A stretch of DNA of 64,000 nucleotides, taken from Hypanus sabinus. Lineage: Eukaryota. A program made the translations under genes and the position numbers. Numbering within the stretch: the stretch's first letter is position 1; every line of letters begins with the position of its first letter. The stretch spans positions 1-64,000 of the forward strand of contig NW_026781759.1 of NCBI RefSeq assembly GCF_030144855.1. The letters run 5' to 3'. Positions 50,040 to 61,380 of the stretch are shown here, piece by piece. The notes beneath the pieces are model-generated. The model searched no databases and was not told the origin of the DNA. It saw only the letters and a list, made by a program, of their open reading frames with translations.

Positions 50040-50690
50040 TTACAGCGAGCGATTGGAAACCCGGGGTCTGAGGTTCCTGGAGAGAAGGAGGATGAGGAAT
50101 GTCTTGAAGAAGCGTTATAAAATCATGAGGGGCATAGAAAGTGAGATAATTGCAGCATTTTACCAAGGACAATGGACAATAGACAATAGGTGCAGGATTA
50201 GGCGATTCAGCTTTTCGAGCCCGCACCGGCATTCACTGTGATTATGGCTGATCAACAACAATCAGTACCCCATTCCTGCCTTCTCCCCATAACGCTTGAC
50301 TCTGCTATATTTAAGAGCTCTATCTAACTCTCTCTTGAGAGCATCCAGAGAATTGACCTCCACTGCCTTCTGAGGCAGAGCATTCCTCAGATCCACCACT
50401 CTCTGGGTGAAAAAGGTTTTCCTCAACTTTGTTCGAAATGGCCTATATTCTTCAATTGTGGCCTCTGGTTCTGGCCTCCCCCCAAAATCTGGAACATGTT
50501 ACCTGCTAACAGTTAGGTTTCAGTCAGATCCCCTCACATCCTTCTAAATTCCAGTGTATACAAGCCCCGTCGCTCCAATCTTTCAACGTATGACTGTCCC
50601 ACCATCCCACGAATTAACCTTGTGAAGCTACGCAGCACTCCCTCAATAGCAAGAATGCCCTTCCTCAAATTTGGAGACCAAAACCTACGA
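50040..50690. mobile_element. CR1 3' fragments (plus 50040-50180, minus 50250-50690)
   Basis: gagagaaggaggatgaggaatgtc..taaaatcatgaggggcatag; minus-strand accactctctgggtgaaaaag, ccagtgtatacaagccc. Confidence 0.7.
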
Positions 50691-51145
50691 ATCTAAAAGA
50701 TGTAGTTCTGGTTTTAAGGTGAGAAGTGCAGGGATGCTAAAAGGGGCCTTTAAATTATTCTGTTTCGACAAAGAGTGCCGGAATAATTGGGCACGGCATA
50801 TTAGTTACAGGAGCCTTAAAGACATCCAGACCGGTCTGTGGAATGGAAAGTTTTCATCAGAAAAATGAGCGAATCACTGGGCAATGCGACAACCTTCGAT
50901 AGGAAATCTGATCAGCAGAGCAGAATGTGGCCGAAGGGCTCTCTCCGCACTCTCTGATACACGACTCCTGGCAATTACCTTTTGTATCCAAAGTAGACAA
51001 TTAGTCCTCGATGACGTAAGCAGACGATCAATTGGCAATTGTCACGCACGGTCAGGTGTCATTTCCGGTGGTACATTCCACCGACAAGTCGAGGTGAGAA
51101 AGGGAAGAGGGCGCTTTCGCTCCCGAACAGCTTTTCAGAAGGGCA

Positions 51146-51696
51146 AAGCATTTCCCAGCTGACGTGACCCTCGCCTTTCTCACTTTATCCCTGACTTTTC
51201 TGGACCATTGTGAGTTTTAATTTGACGAATTATTTTCTTAGAGCGGGTCGAATCAGCTGATAGCATCACGGATACAAAGAGGATCCCATATCGTTTCTTT
51301 TATAAAACGCGGAATATTATGCCGTTATCAGCCTCCTGACTGTGAATTATTTTCTCTTGCATACTAATCCAGTACTGGCAGCTGCACCGAGAGTTGTCCA
51401 GCTCCCTACCGCGGCGACTATTCGGCCGGGAGACCATCTCTTTTTTGAGTGCATTGGAGGGAGGCGGCATGAGCAGCTACAATATGTACTGCTACCGGCA
51501 ATTCGGAAGGAGTCTGGGGTGGTTCTGCAGCGAGTTCGGCACCTGGTTTGAACTACGGTTCGTCAATAAACTTGAAGTGCAAAGAGCCGCTTCACTCGGC
51601 AACTCAACGGCAGCGAGGAGACGGATTCGGCTATCTGCTTCTGCGCAGCGTGTCTCGCACGGCGACACACGTCTACGGCCGCCTCAAACAAAATGC
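51146..51696 (+). pseudogene. psi-V8': pseudogene paralog of V8 (leader 51146-51209, exon 51373-51657, RSS 51658-51696)
   Basis: 64-nt leader with ATG>AAG and GTGAGT donor. LAAAPRVVQLPTAATIRPG..EC, frameshifts, Trp41>Cys, GWFCSEFG retains one CDR2 Cys. RSS CACGGCG + 23 + ACAAAATGC. Confidence 0.87.
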
Positions 51697-53003
51697 TCCA
51701 CGGGACTCGGCTTATCGCAGCCGTGCTATCCACTTTCTCCCCTCACCCCGCAGGTGCAGCCAAAACGCATTAACCTGAAAAGCTGCCAGGCGAAAGCAGT
51801 ATCCATTATCAATCCCTCCGCCGTCGAGGCCATGTTCGCAACTCGCTACTGCAGTAGGGCAGTAGTTTCAAGAAACATTGGTTTCACAACGGCACGCTCG
51901 TCCGGAGTCACTTTCCAGGATTGTGAAACTCATTCCTATTGAGTGATGGATTGTCAAGACATTGCACATTGATTTTCATTAATTCTATTGTTTGCTTCGT
52001 TGAGAATTGCCCGGCAGTACAGTGAGCAATATCCGTCATTTGTTATGAATTTACTTTGAAATTTGGATTTTAAGCGCCCGAAGCGATGTTCCCCTTCAGA
52101 CTTTCCCGCAGTGTGTTTTTTTTTAAATTCTGTCACATTTCCAATTTGTCAGCCAGCCAAACAGTTATGGTTGATCAAACCGTGCAGGACCCCAAAAGCC
52201 GATCCTTCGCCGATGTTGCGCCGACACTTTAACCCATCCCATGTTAAACCTTCTCTCTTACATGCGCACACCTTATACATCTTTCACCTGGTGTTTCTTC
52301 CGGGTGTTCCGCTTTCCCATCAGAGTCAAAAGTAGCGGTTAGTAGGTTAATTAGACATTATAAATTGTCCGGAGGTTAGGGATGCATTAAAATAAATTGG
52401 TTTCTGGTCGGCGCGCCTCGGCAGACAGGACGGGTGTATTCATTCCTGTATCTCTACATGGATACCAAAGAAGACCTGAGTGAATCAAATTCACAAGTTT
52501 GACCAAGACGCACTGGACTGTTTTTGTGGGAGAAAATAATTTTAACATGGAACTATGGACGGCGATATCCAGAGGGGTAATTTTAACTATAAATGCGATC
52601 GGAAGCAAAAGTAAAAAAAAAATAACAATTCCAATAATTAAAGGACTTTATAAAGCAAGAACATTCGTTCTGAAAAAAAGCCGGTAACGGAAGCGTGGTC
52701 ACAGGGAAGAAGCAACTGAGCGTCTGTACAATGAAATCCCTCTGTTTCTTTTCCACATAATATTCACGTAAATCGTTGTCAGTACGGGGCTTCTGGGAGA
52801 GTGCTGACTGTGCGTGACGTCACAATGCAGGTGTCGGAGCTGGCATCTTGCCAGAAGATTGCCCATCTGCTCTTTCACCGTTTTTACAAAACCCTTCTGC
52901 TTCCAGTCTGCATCGCATTTCCTCTGTCAAAACAAAAGATAGACAAAACGCCACCACAGGGCCAAGTGTGTTTTCTCTGCCACGTCATTTACATGCGGTC
53001 TGG

Positions 53004-53042
53004 GGTTTTTGTCGAGCTCTTCGCTCTCGGCGCGTCACTGTG
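53004..53042 (-). other. 23-RSS of V6' (consensus)
   Basis: CACAGTG + 23 nt + ACAAAAACC. Confidence 0.97.
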
Positions 53043-53704
53043 TAGACTCCAGGCGCAGAAATACACGGCCGAGTGATTCACCCGCAGGCTGTTGGTCACC
53101 AGTTTGTTCTCGTTATCTTTAAGCGCCTGCAGGGTAAATCCATCGACTTCCCCGTCTGGATTCCTAATGTTAGCACCGCTGCTGTAGAACATGAACTGCG
53201 GCCCCTGCCCCGGGTACTGGCGGTACCAGTGCACGTAATAATCGCCGCTGCCCTCCACGTTGCAGGACAGCGCCATCCGGTTCCCCGGAGATCCGGAAAA
53301 AGCCGGTGGAGACTGCCGGATAGTTTGTGAGTTCGCGGCTGGGGAAGAGAGGAGCAGAGTATAAAGTCAGTAGACAGGTACCTTCGGATCATGGAGACAG
53401 GGCGCAAACAGGGAGAAGGATAAATGCGGGAAGCAGAGGCATAAGGGGAAAAGAGAAAGAGATGGGGAAGGTTTAGAGACAGTGAGAGAATAGAATACAA
53501 TAAATATAATTGTATGGACAGAGGTGAGAACTGAATAGCAAATTGCGGAATGATGGGAAAAGCGAGAAAGGAGCGCTAGAGAGTGTTAGTAAAGCATATA
53601 GTGCAAGAATTTACGGAAGACAGAAAGGGTAGTGAAGAACTAATCGCAAATTGAAGCTGTAGTTTACCGTGAAGCCAGATCAGCACCTCCAATAACAGGA
53701 ACAT
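53043..53704 (-). CDS. TRBV: V6': TCR V segment (leader 53668-53704, V exon 53043-53338), CAWS family, apparently functional
   Basis: Leader MFLLLEVLIWLH with GTAAAC donor. Exon ANSQTIRQSP..LSC..YVHWYRQYPG..AVYFCAWSL. Confidence 0.92.
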
Positions 53705-55858
53705 TTTTCAACTTGGACAGTTTCCTCCAAGTGGAAGGGCGTTCGGAACGAACAACATTTTGAATTCCTTGTCAGAGTGAACGGACGAAGCTCCGCCCCT
53801 CAATCATACGTCAGTCACCATACGTCACAGCGACACTGTGAGCTTTGAGTTTGAATGGTGTCTGGATCAATCCATTTGCAGTTTCGGATGACAGTCTAGA
53901 GGCCGGGCCCCATTCCAAGTTCAGCAGGGCAACCGGAGCTGTCCCTTCAGTCCTGGACACCACAATCTATCTTCAGTGTCACAAATTGAGTCATCGTACC
54001 GTTTTGGGAGGCGCAGAGGGGAATTATAAACAGGGAGGTACGGATTATGTTCAGCAGAAAGACAGATTAATTTTGTATATGATGGTCCAGAGTGCTTTTT
54101 CCGTGTTATTCATGAATTGCAAATAGCGGAGCAGTAGAATATGCATTACAGACGCTGACCTCTCGGCTGAAATGTTTATGGCTTGAGAGGTGTAGATGGT
54201 AGCGTCGTATACTAGTGCATTACTGAAACAGACGCTTCGGTCCAACTGGCAACCTCCTACAAGTAACTTCAGAAGTCCCGTCATGCAAGCTATAATCATG
54301 CCAGCAATTCGGCAAGGACGACGATTGCACTGGAAATTGAAAGCGTATAGCACGGGATTCTCCAGCAGGCAGCAAACTCAGCGCGGCAGAAGTGGTTACG
54401 TGGCAACGAAACACTTGGATGCGAGTCAGATTTCGAGAATGGGATTAACAGGGCAAGCAAGCTGTTTACTCTGCGACCCCGCAGCTGGGACTTGGCAAAA
54501 CCAAAGTCTTGTGTAGAGTGCCACCCTGCGGCCTCGATAGGAATAACCCTAACACAGCAACTTGTGGAAAGGAGAAAGTCACGACTACTACGGGATTATT
54601 CGGCCGAATTTGATGGTGCTGCGACAGAATCGACTACTAACCCCACCAACCCTAACCCTAACCTGTCTCTCTGAATGCCCGCAGTTAAGTAACTGTCAAG
54701 GTTGCCTATGGAGCCACTACGTACTTTGATAATAAATTTATTTTGACAGGGACTTTGACTTTATTGTGGCATGTAAAACCTCCCGGAGCATAGACAAGAT
54801 GCATAATCATTATTTCCCCTGGGTAGGAGGGATTAAACCCAAATTAGATAATTACATACATCTGTTTATGTTTATGCTCAAATAAAGTCAGATACGCGGA
54901 ATGAGTTGCTGGTAAAAGCAGTCGAGGAGGGTAAACCTACAACATTCGGGCAGGTACACAGCTGGTAAAGCTTCATGGATGCATCGAGTAAACTGAGGCA
55001 AATAGAGTTAAATTACACAGGACCCCGTAGTACCAGAACAGAGGGCGCTCTAAGAAAAAAGCGTCGGCATTGACTTCTGGTTGGGAAGATGCCGTTCAGC
55101 CACCCAGTCACCGCATCACACATGACCGCGTGTTGTGGACCACCGGATTCATGTCTCACGTACGCTGACTGTACTTGCCTCCATCTCGCACTGAGCTCTC
55201 ACATGAAGCAGAAACATCAAAGATCCAGGTGCAGTCTGTGCAATTATATTCAAGATATCATCTCAGGAGACCGATCGAACGATGGATACAGGTAGGCACA
55301 TCGATCGCAAACCACAGGCCGGTAAGAGACAGATGAATAACTCTCTAGATTTGAGATTGTCCGTCAGCGGTTATTCCGTTTTTACGTGAAGTCCAACGCA
55401 TAAAACGTCCATCACGATAAGGTCCTTTGAAATGCTTTTCCCTGTTTCCAAGCAACGTCTTTCAATGGAGGAGGGGCTGGTGTGCCGTTGTCTGCAATTA
55501 AATGAAAGGTGCCATCAAAAGAGACGGACAGAAAGACGGATAAAGGTAGAAAATAGGTAGGTTTTACAGGCAGACAACAGGAAGTTAAGAGACAGAAAAT
55601 TAACTCTCTAGTTTTAATGGATCGATGAAGGCGACTCGGAAGTTTAGACCCGGGACCCAATCTCTCCATGGGCTGTGAGAAGTATCGTTCCGTTCCCTGT
55701 TTCCGATCATCGCCTTTCAGCGGAGGGAGGGCCCGTGAGCCAATCGCAGACAATGTGGTGGGGGGGCTGGAAGTTCACCCTCAGCCTTTGGCAACCGTCT
55801 TTCCCCGATTCACCTTCAAGACAGGTTTGACTCGTTGTCTCTTCATCTCGAGTGAATG

Positions 55859-56129
55859 ATGTTCCTGGTACTATCACTGGCGGCCTTTTTCCATCGTAAG
55901 AGAACTTAACAGCTTTTTTATTGATTCATCTTCCCCTTGCTCTCCTTTTGTCTTTCTCGCATATTCACAGCAACTATTCTTTTATTTTTTTTTTCCTTCT
56001 TCTTGGACCCCGTCCTTTTAACCTCTCTCCCCCGCTCTCGCTCTCTCTCCCTCTGTCTCTTTCTATCTGTCTCCTTCTCTCCCCTCGCCTCTATTTCTGT
56101 CTCTCTCTCTCCTCTCTCTCTCTCTCTTC

Positions 56130-56183
<54 letters not shown>

Positions 56184-56629
56184 CCTCCTCTCTGTCAAAC
56201 TCGCTTTCCGTCATGTCGTCTCCCTTTTACTCCATCTCATCTCTGCGTCCGGTGATCTTTATTGAATAACTTCTTCTTCCCGCGTTCTATTACCAGATGC
56301 GAATTCGGAGATTATGAGCCATACCTTGCCGTTGTTTCTCAGCCTCTCGGCGAGGCGGTGACGCTCCAATGTGTCATTGAGGACGGCAGAATTTCTCAAC
56401 TATACTGGACAGGCAGAACCCGGGGAAGGAGCCGCAGACCTATTCTACTCACATGGCTGCTCGAAGCGTGGCCCAGGACACGGAGGTGGAGGGGTTCACT
56501 GCCAACCGGCCGATTAACGGCGCCTTCACTCTGAGCGCCTCTCGCCTGCAGCTGAACCACACGGCCACATATTTCTGCTCTCGCAGTCTGCACAGCGACT
56601 GACGACGATGGAGGGCCCGAGAAAAACTC
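55859..56629 (+). pseudogene. TRBV: psi-V7': frameshifted paralog of V7 (leader 55859-55895, exon 56297-56590)
   Basis: Leader MFLVLSLAAFFH with GTAAGA donor. Frameshifts in FR1 and at TAC TGG ACA. 3' half VAQDTEVEGFTANRP..LQLNHTATYFCSRSL. RSS CACAGCG with degenerate nonamer. Confidence 0.87.
56035..56195. repeat. (CT)n-rich microsatellite in the psi-V7' intron
   Basis: Directly visible. Confidence 0.9.
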
Positions 56630-58519
56630 AACAGGGCAGTTGGTGGCGACATTAATTCACATTGAAAGCGAATACTTCGCAGTCTGAAAGGGAAAATTCA
56701 GACAGCGGCACGGCAAAGTCGGAAAGCAGCAAGATGCCGAGAGAATTGATTAGTCCCGTATTCTTTGATACGTCGGATCCACTTACGGTCGCAAGCCCCG
56801 TTGCTTTCTCACCCGCTGTTCTGAACCCCTCTGCCAATTACATACAGGTTGCTGGTTGACCTCATGGGTTGGCCTTCTTTATCTCCTTTCTGATCCTGAG
56901 GATGATCCGAGATTGCTGCAGAGGACGCTACTGAGCCGCGAATGCAGAAATCCTCGGTCGGAACAGCACCTGCATTTTGAAAACCTTGCGCTGAATCTGG
57001 CGCCCTGAATTATTTTACTAACATCTGGTGCAGGATTTAAGGCTCCCATATCTCCATCCCAACTGTAACGAACTTAACCTTGGATGGATGGCATAATCCA
57101 TGATGATTGATGCCGCTTGCTGTTGAGGGAAGGGAGAAAGAAGAAATAATTGTGCGCGTGCGTGGAAAAGTTTCTACGTCCTTCACTTGAGGACGTGGGT
57201 TTCCTCCGGGTGTTCCGGTTTCCACTCAAGTGATCAAAGTAGCGGTTAGTAGGTTCATTGTACTGTGATTAGGGAACTGTTAAAATAGACTGGTTTACAG
57301 GGCGACTTGACTCGGTCAGTCGGTAGGAACTGTTCTGTGCTTTACGTCCAGATTAAAACCTCGGAACACGACGCTCTCTGGCTCCCCGCACAGGCCGGAG
57401 TGCTCATTACAGGCTGTAAAGTGGCTCGTGCTGCTGCCGTCTCGTTTATCCAGCTGGCGGTGTTTTATCGCGACAGCCCCAAAATGCCCAGAGTTGCGCA
57501 TGCATTACGAGTTCTCTCTGTCATCATACGTGTTCTCTCTGCGTGCTGTGGTATTTTTATCGGACAATAAGCCGCCTCTCTGCTGCCCGGTTACCTGGAC
57601 CGTGACATTGACTTTACTTTTCATAGGCATTTCAAGGTGAATTTCGCGTTAAAGTTTAATTTTAATTGTTACTAAAACATATATCGATACCCATTATTAG
57701 AGCCAAACGAGACAGTGTAACTCCGGGGCCAGGATGACAGCCACAGTACCATCAATCACACAAAGCACAGGGCGAAATACTGTCACCTGAAATATATATT
57801 CTAACAGTCACGTGTTCATGGATGTTGCAGCAACCTGCCGTCCGACACAATACAACTTTTTGTCTGCCGGTTGGACGCTAGGGCGCAGCACCGACTGAAA
57901 CCTGGACGCCGCACCACACTGACTACGGTGGAGCTTACGGACTCCGACGCTTCTCTGCTGGTCGGGAGTCAACGGGCGTCAACGTGGCTTCAGGCCGAGT
58001 CTATTGTCTACCGAGGCCACGGAGCATCCGCGCTGTTTGCTCCTACGGTCTGCTGATAAATCAGCGAAACCTATTTTGCTGCCTTCCACGTTAACATTGT
58101 CCTGCAGGACACCGGAAATCAGTGATCGCTGTACGTCTGCCTCATCTCCCTCGGGCACCGATACATCCGGCTCCTCTCTGACACAGGCTCACCACGTCCT
58201 GCTCCTTCAGTTTCTCTGTCAAGAGCTACACGCCCATGGGGTGGACCTGATTTTCCTGAAATAATAATGTCCCGTAGGGTCTTCCGTACCGGAAACGAAA
58301 AAGAAGTTTTAAAAGTACAATATGGAGGCCTTCTGCCGCCCATCCACTTCATGCGTCGACATCCGTGCAGATCTTCTGACCTCTACTCTTGAAATGTGTG
58401 GTTGTTTGAGTATCCACAAGGGGATCTGACTCAGGAAGGCAACGACCACCATGAAAGAACACCCCCCCCACGACCACCACCACCATCCGGTCTGTGTCTT
58501 CTCCCCGCACCTCCCACCG

Positions 58520-58880
58520 GGCAGGAGGAAGAGAATTGAAGTCCCTACACCACATCGTTCAGGGGCAGCGGCTTCCCTTCAACCATCCGGTTCCTGAACC
58601 GGCCGACCCAGCCCGGATCGATCCCTCAGTACAGCGAAACTGTGACCACTTGGCAAAAAGGTGGACTTTGTTTCCGATGCCTCCTGTACCAAAAAAGTAG
58701 CCACTGCCTGTCTGGCCCTTTTCTTCTGCCGCCCGAGCCCATCCACTTCCTTAAAGCAACCAGCGTAATGAAAGATCCCAGACACCACTCAAGAACAATC
58801 ACTCCCGTTTGATTTCCGACTCTCCAACAGGCATTTGTACGAGAGGAGTCTGCAATAATGTGGACTCTCCGCATCACAAC
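58520..58880 (-). mobile_element. Rex1/Babar 3' fragment
   Basis: Minus-strand ataatgcggagagtccac, tggttgaagggaagccgctg, typical of this family's C-terminus. Confidence 0.55.
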
Positions 58881-59379
58881 CTACCCATTATGGCCCGTAT
58901 GGTCCGGTTTCTCTGTTTAACTCCATACTCGTGGCACCACAAGCTACCCTGAGATTAATTTCCGGGTATTTACAGATGTGTTAAAATAAACCAATAGCGC
59001 CCGTGAAAAGAGATGGACAAACAATTTCTAAATGAAGGCCAACTGTGCAAAGGCACAATAAGCAAACAACGTTAAATATGTACGTAATATCATTGAGATC
59101 AGAGTCTGTGAAAAATTTAAAGAGATTCCCTATGTTTCCAAACACTCAGATACTGAGCTGAGTGACGTTGCCAACACTGAGTCAAGAGCCGGAGCCAGTG
59201 AGAATAACTTCACTCACCTCAACACTGAAGGAAACAAGATGGCGGCTACACTCCGCCTTGCTCTGCGGTCATGGCGAAGGCCGATTACTTTCTGGCAAGG
59301 AATTGATTCCCGGATCACGGATTGTAAGAAAGTAACTAGCGGCGCTAATCTGGTAATGCATTTATTTGGGGTCATTAAC

Positions 59380-59880
59380 GGAGTATTTGGAACCTAATTC
59401 CCATTTTCATTCCTGGGATGTCCGGACTGTTGGACGCAGAGCGGTTAGAGAGTTTGAGCTTGTACACTCTGGAATTAAGGTGATTGAGTCGGGATCTGAT
59501 TGCAACATGTAAGATGATTAAGGGATTGGACAAGACAGAGGCAGGAAATATGTTCCAGATGCTGGGAGTGTCCAGTACCAGACGGCATGGTTTAAGAATA
59601 AGGGCAGGTCATTTAGGATAGAGTGAAGGAAAAACTTCTTCTCGCAGAGAGTTGTGGGCGTGCGGAATGCACTGCCTCAGAAGGCAGTGGAGGCCAATGG
59701 ATGCTTTCAAGAAGGAGCTAGATAGATATCTTATGGATAGGGGTGTCAAGGGATAAGGGGACAAAGCAGGAACCGGGTATTTACAGCAGATGATCAGCCA
59801 TGATCTCAGAATGGGGGTGCAGGTTCGAAGGACCGAATGGTCTACTTCTGCACCTATTGTCAATTGTCTATTGTTATTTC
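59380..59880 (+). mobile_element. CR1 3' fragment with UTR
   Basis: Near copy of 20170-20620 (ttgtacactctggaatt..gatgatcagccatgatctcagaatgg). Confidence 0.85.
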
Positions 59881-61047
59881 CTCTCAGCTTGGGAATCATC
59901 CAAACTTGCTGTAACGCATGCGTGGAACTCGGGTCTCATCACAGCTTGTCAGCACTGTAAATCGCTCCAAAAAGGCAAATATATTTGCGGAAGTGACACG
60001 ATTGCCACGGAGCCAATGGGAGAATTGCTTTCTCAGGCCACGCAGATAGACTTCCCCGTGAGCTGAAACGGAACATCACTCGATTCCACACAGCGGAGGT
60101 ATCCTCGCGCTGTAAATGATGCTGACGGCCAGGCTTTGCATTCCGCTGATCGTGGCGGTGATCCCGCGTAAGTTAAAATCGCAGGTCTGGTGTCAAGGGG
60201 TGTAAAATGCCTTTGTGGAAAGGCGAGGTGCAGTATCGAACGTGGTTCTTCTTGGTAGATTTTCTCCCAAGAGGCCAATGATTTCATGTCTCCCTTTCAA
60301 CAAATGACAAAGTATTTTATGACAGATAAATATGTAACGCGCATTGTCAGAGTGACCCCCTGTGGGGTCCTTCAGTTCTGCCACGAAGCTCTGAGAGGAT
60401 ATCGGGGGTTTCTTGTAGGATGCGAGGGGAATTGAACTCAGAACAAATGTGTGCTTGTTAAACGGCATTTTACCCCGGTTCCTCACTGCGGTTCGATGGA
60501 TCAGCTTTTGCCCGAGTTCGAGTACGTGTACATCAGCGCCTTCGTGCGTTTGGGTGTCTCATATCTCACAGCAGTTCGTTGTGTTGGTCGCAGAGCGGCC
60601 GGTGTCTTTCGAGAGTACAAGCCCCTTCTCCGCAGACATTGTGTTTGCTTGTCAGCGCTACAAGAAAGNNNNNNNNNNNNNNNNNNNNNNNNNNNNNNNN
60701 NNNNNNNNNNNNNNNNNNNNNNNNNNNNNNNNNNNNNNNNNNNNNNNNNNNNNNNNNNNNNNNNNNNNNNNNNNNNNNNNNNNNNNNNNNNNNNNNNNNN
60801 NNNNNNNNNNNNNNNNNNNNNNNNNNNNNTTCATCCCATCGAGACTGACCCACCATTCGGCCATGGTCATCGGGTGAGGATCCGACATCACGCCTATTGC
60901 TCATCGCACAACAGTGCGAATCTCCGGGTTAATCGGAGAGTGGCCATGGTCTGTCGATAACACCAAACTCTTCCATCTGTCTTGCTTCCGCTCCCTTTGA
61001 TGATCAATTGAGATAAATTGGAGTCTAATCTGATTTCTGTCCCACAG

Positions 61048-61341
61048 GGATTCTGACCGCCTACTTGGAGCAATCGCCTTCCTCCCTGTCAATCGCAGAG
61101 GGAGAGCCGGCCACTCTCTCGTGTACGCTGCTGAACACGGGCTATCCAAGTATGTACTGGTACAGACAGCGATCCGGCCGGGCAATTGATGTTCTCTTCA
61201 ATTCTGTTGGGCAAGGTTCAGCTATGAACTACACATCTGATTCCTACGCGGCGACAAGACCCAGCGACACGCTGTTTAAACTGGAACTGAGGCGGGCATC
61301 GTCCTCCCAAAACGCTGTATACTTCTGCGCTTGTAGTAGCG
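61048..61341 (+). CDS. TRBV: V exon, C-x-C family, open frame (leader unresolved next to gap 60669-60830)
   Basis: ILTAYLEQSPSSLSIAEGEPATLSC..MYWYRQRSG..VLFNSVGQG..YAATRPSD..NAVYFCACSS; acceptor cccacag. Confidence 0.87.
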
Positions 61342-61380
61342 CACAGAGCTTGAAGTAAAGGGTCTCTCAGTACAAAAACC
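61342..61380 (+). other. 23-RSS of the 61-kb V
   Basis: CACAGAG + 23 nt + ACAAAAACC. Confidence 0.94.

Noticed and set aside
60831-60880. Leader exon for the 61-kb V
   Set aside because: The candidate ending CGG|GTGAGG is homologous to the 9.6-kb paralog region, but the phase-1 frame contains TGA and its 5' part runs into a gap, so it was not called.
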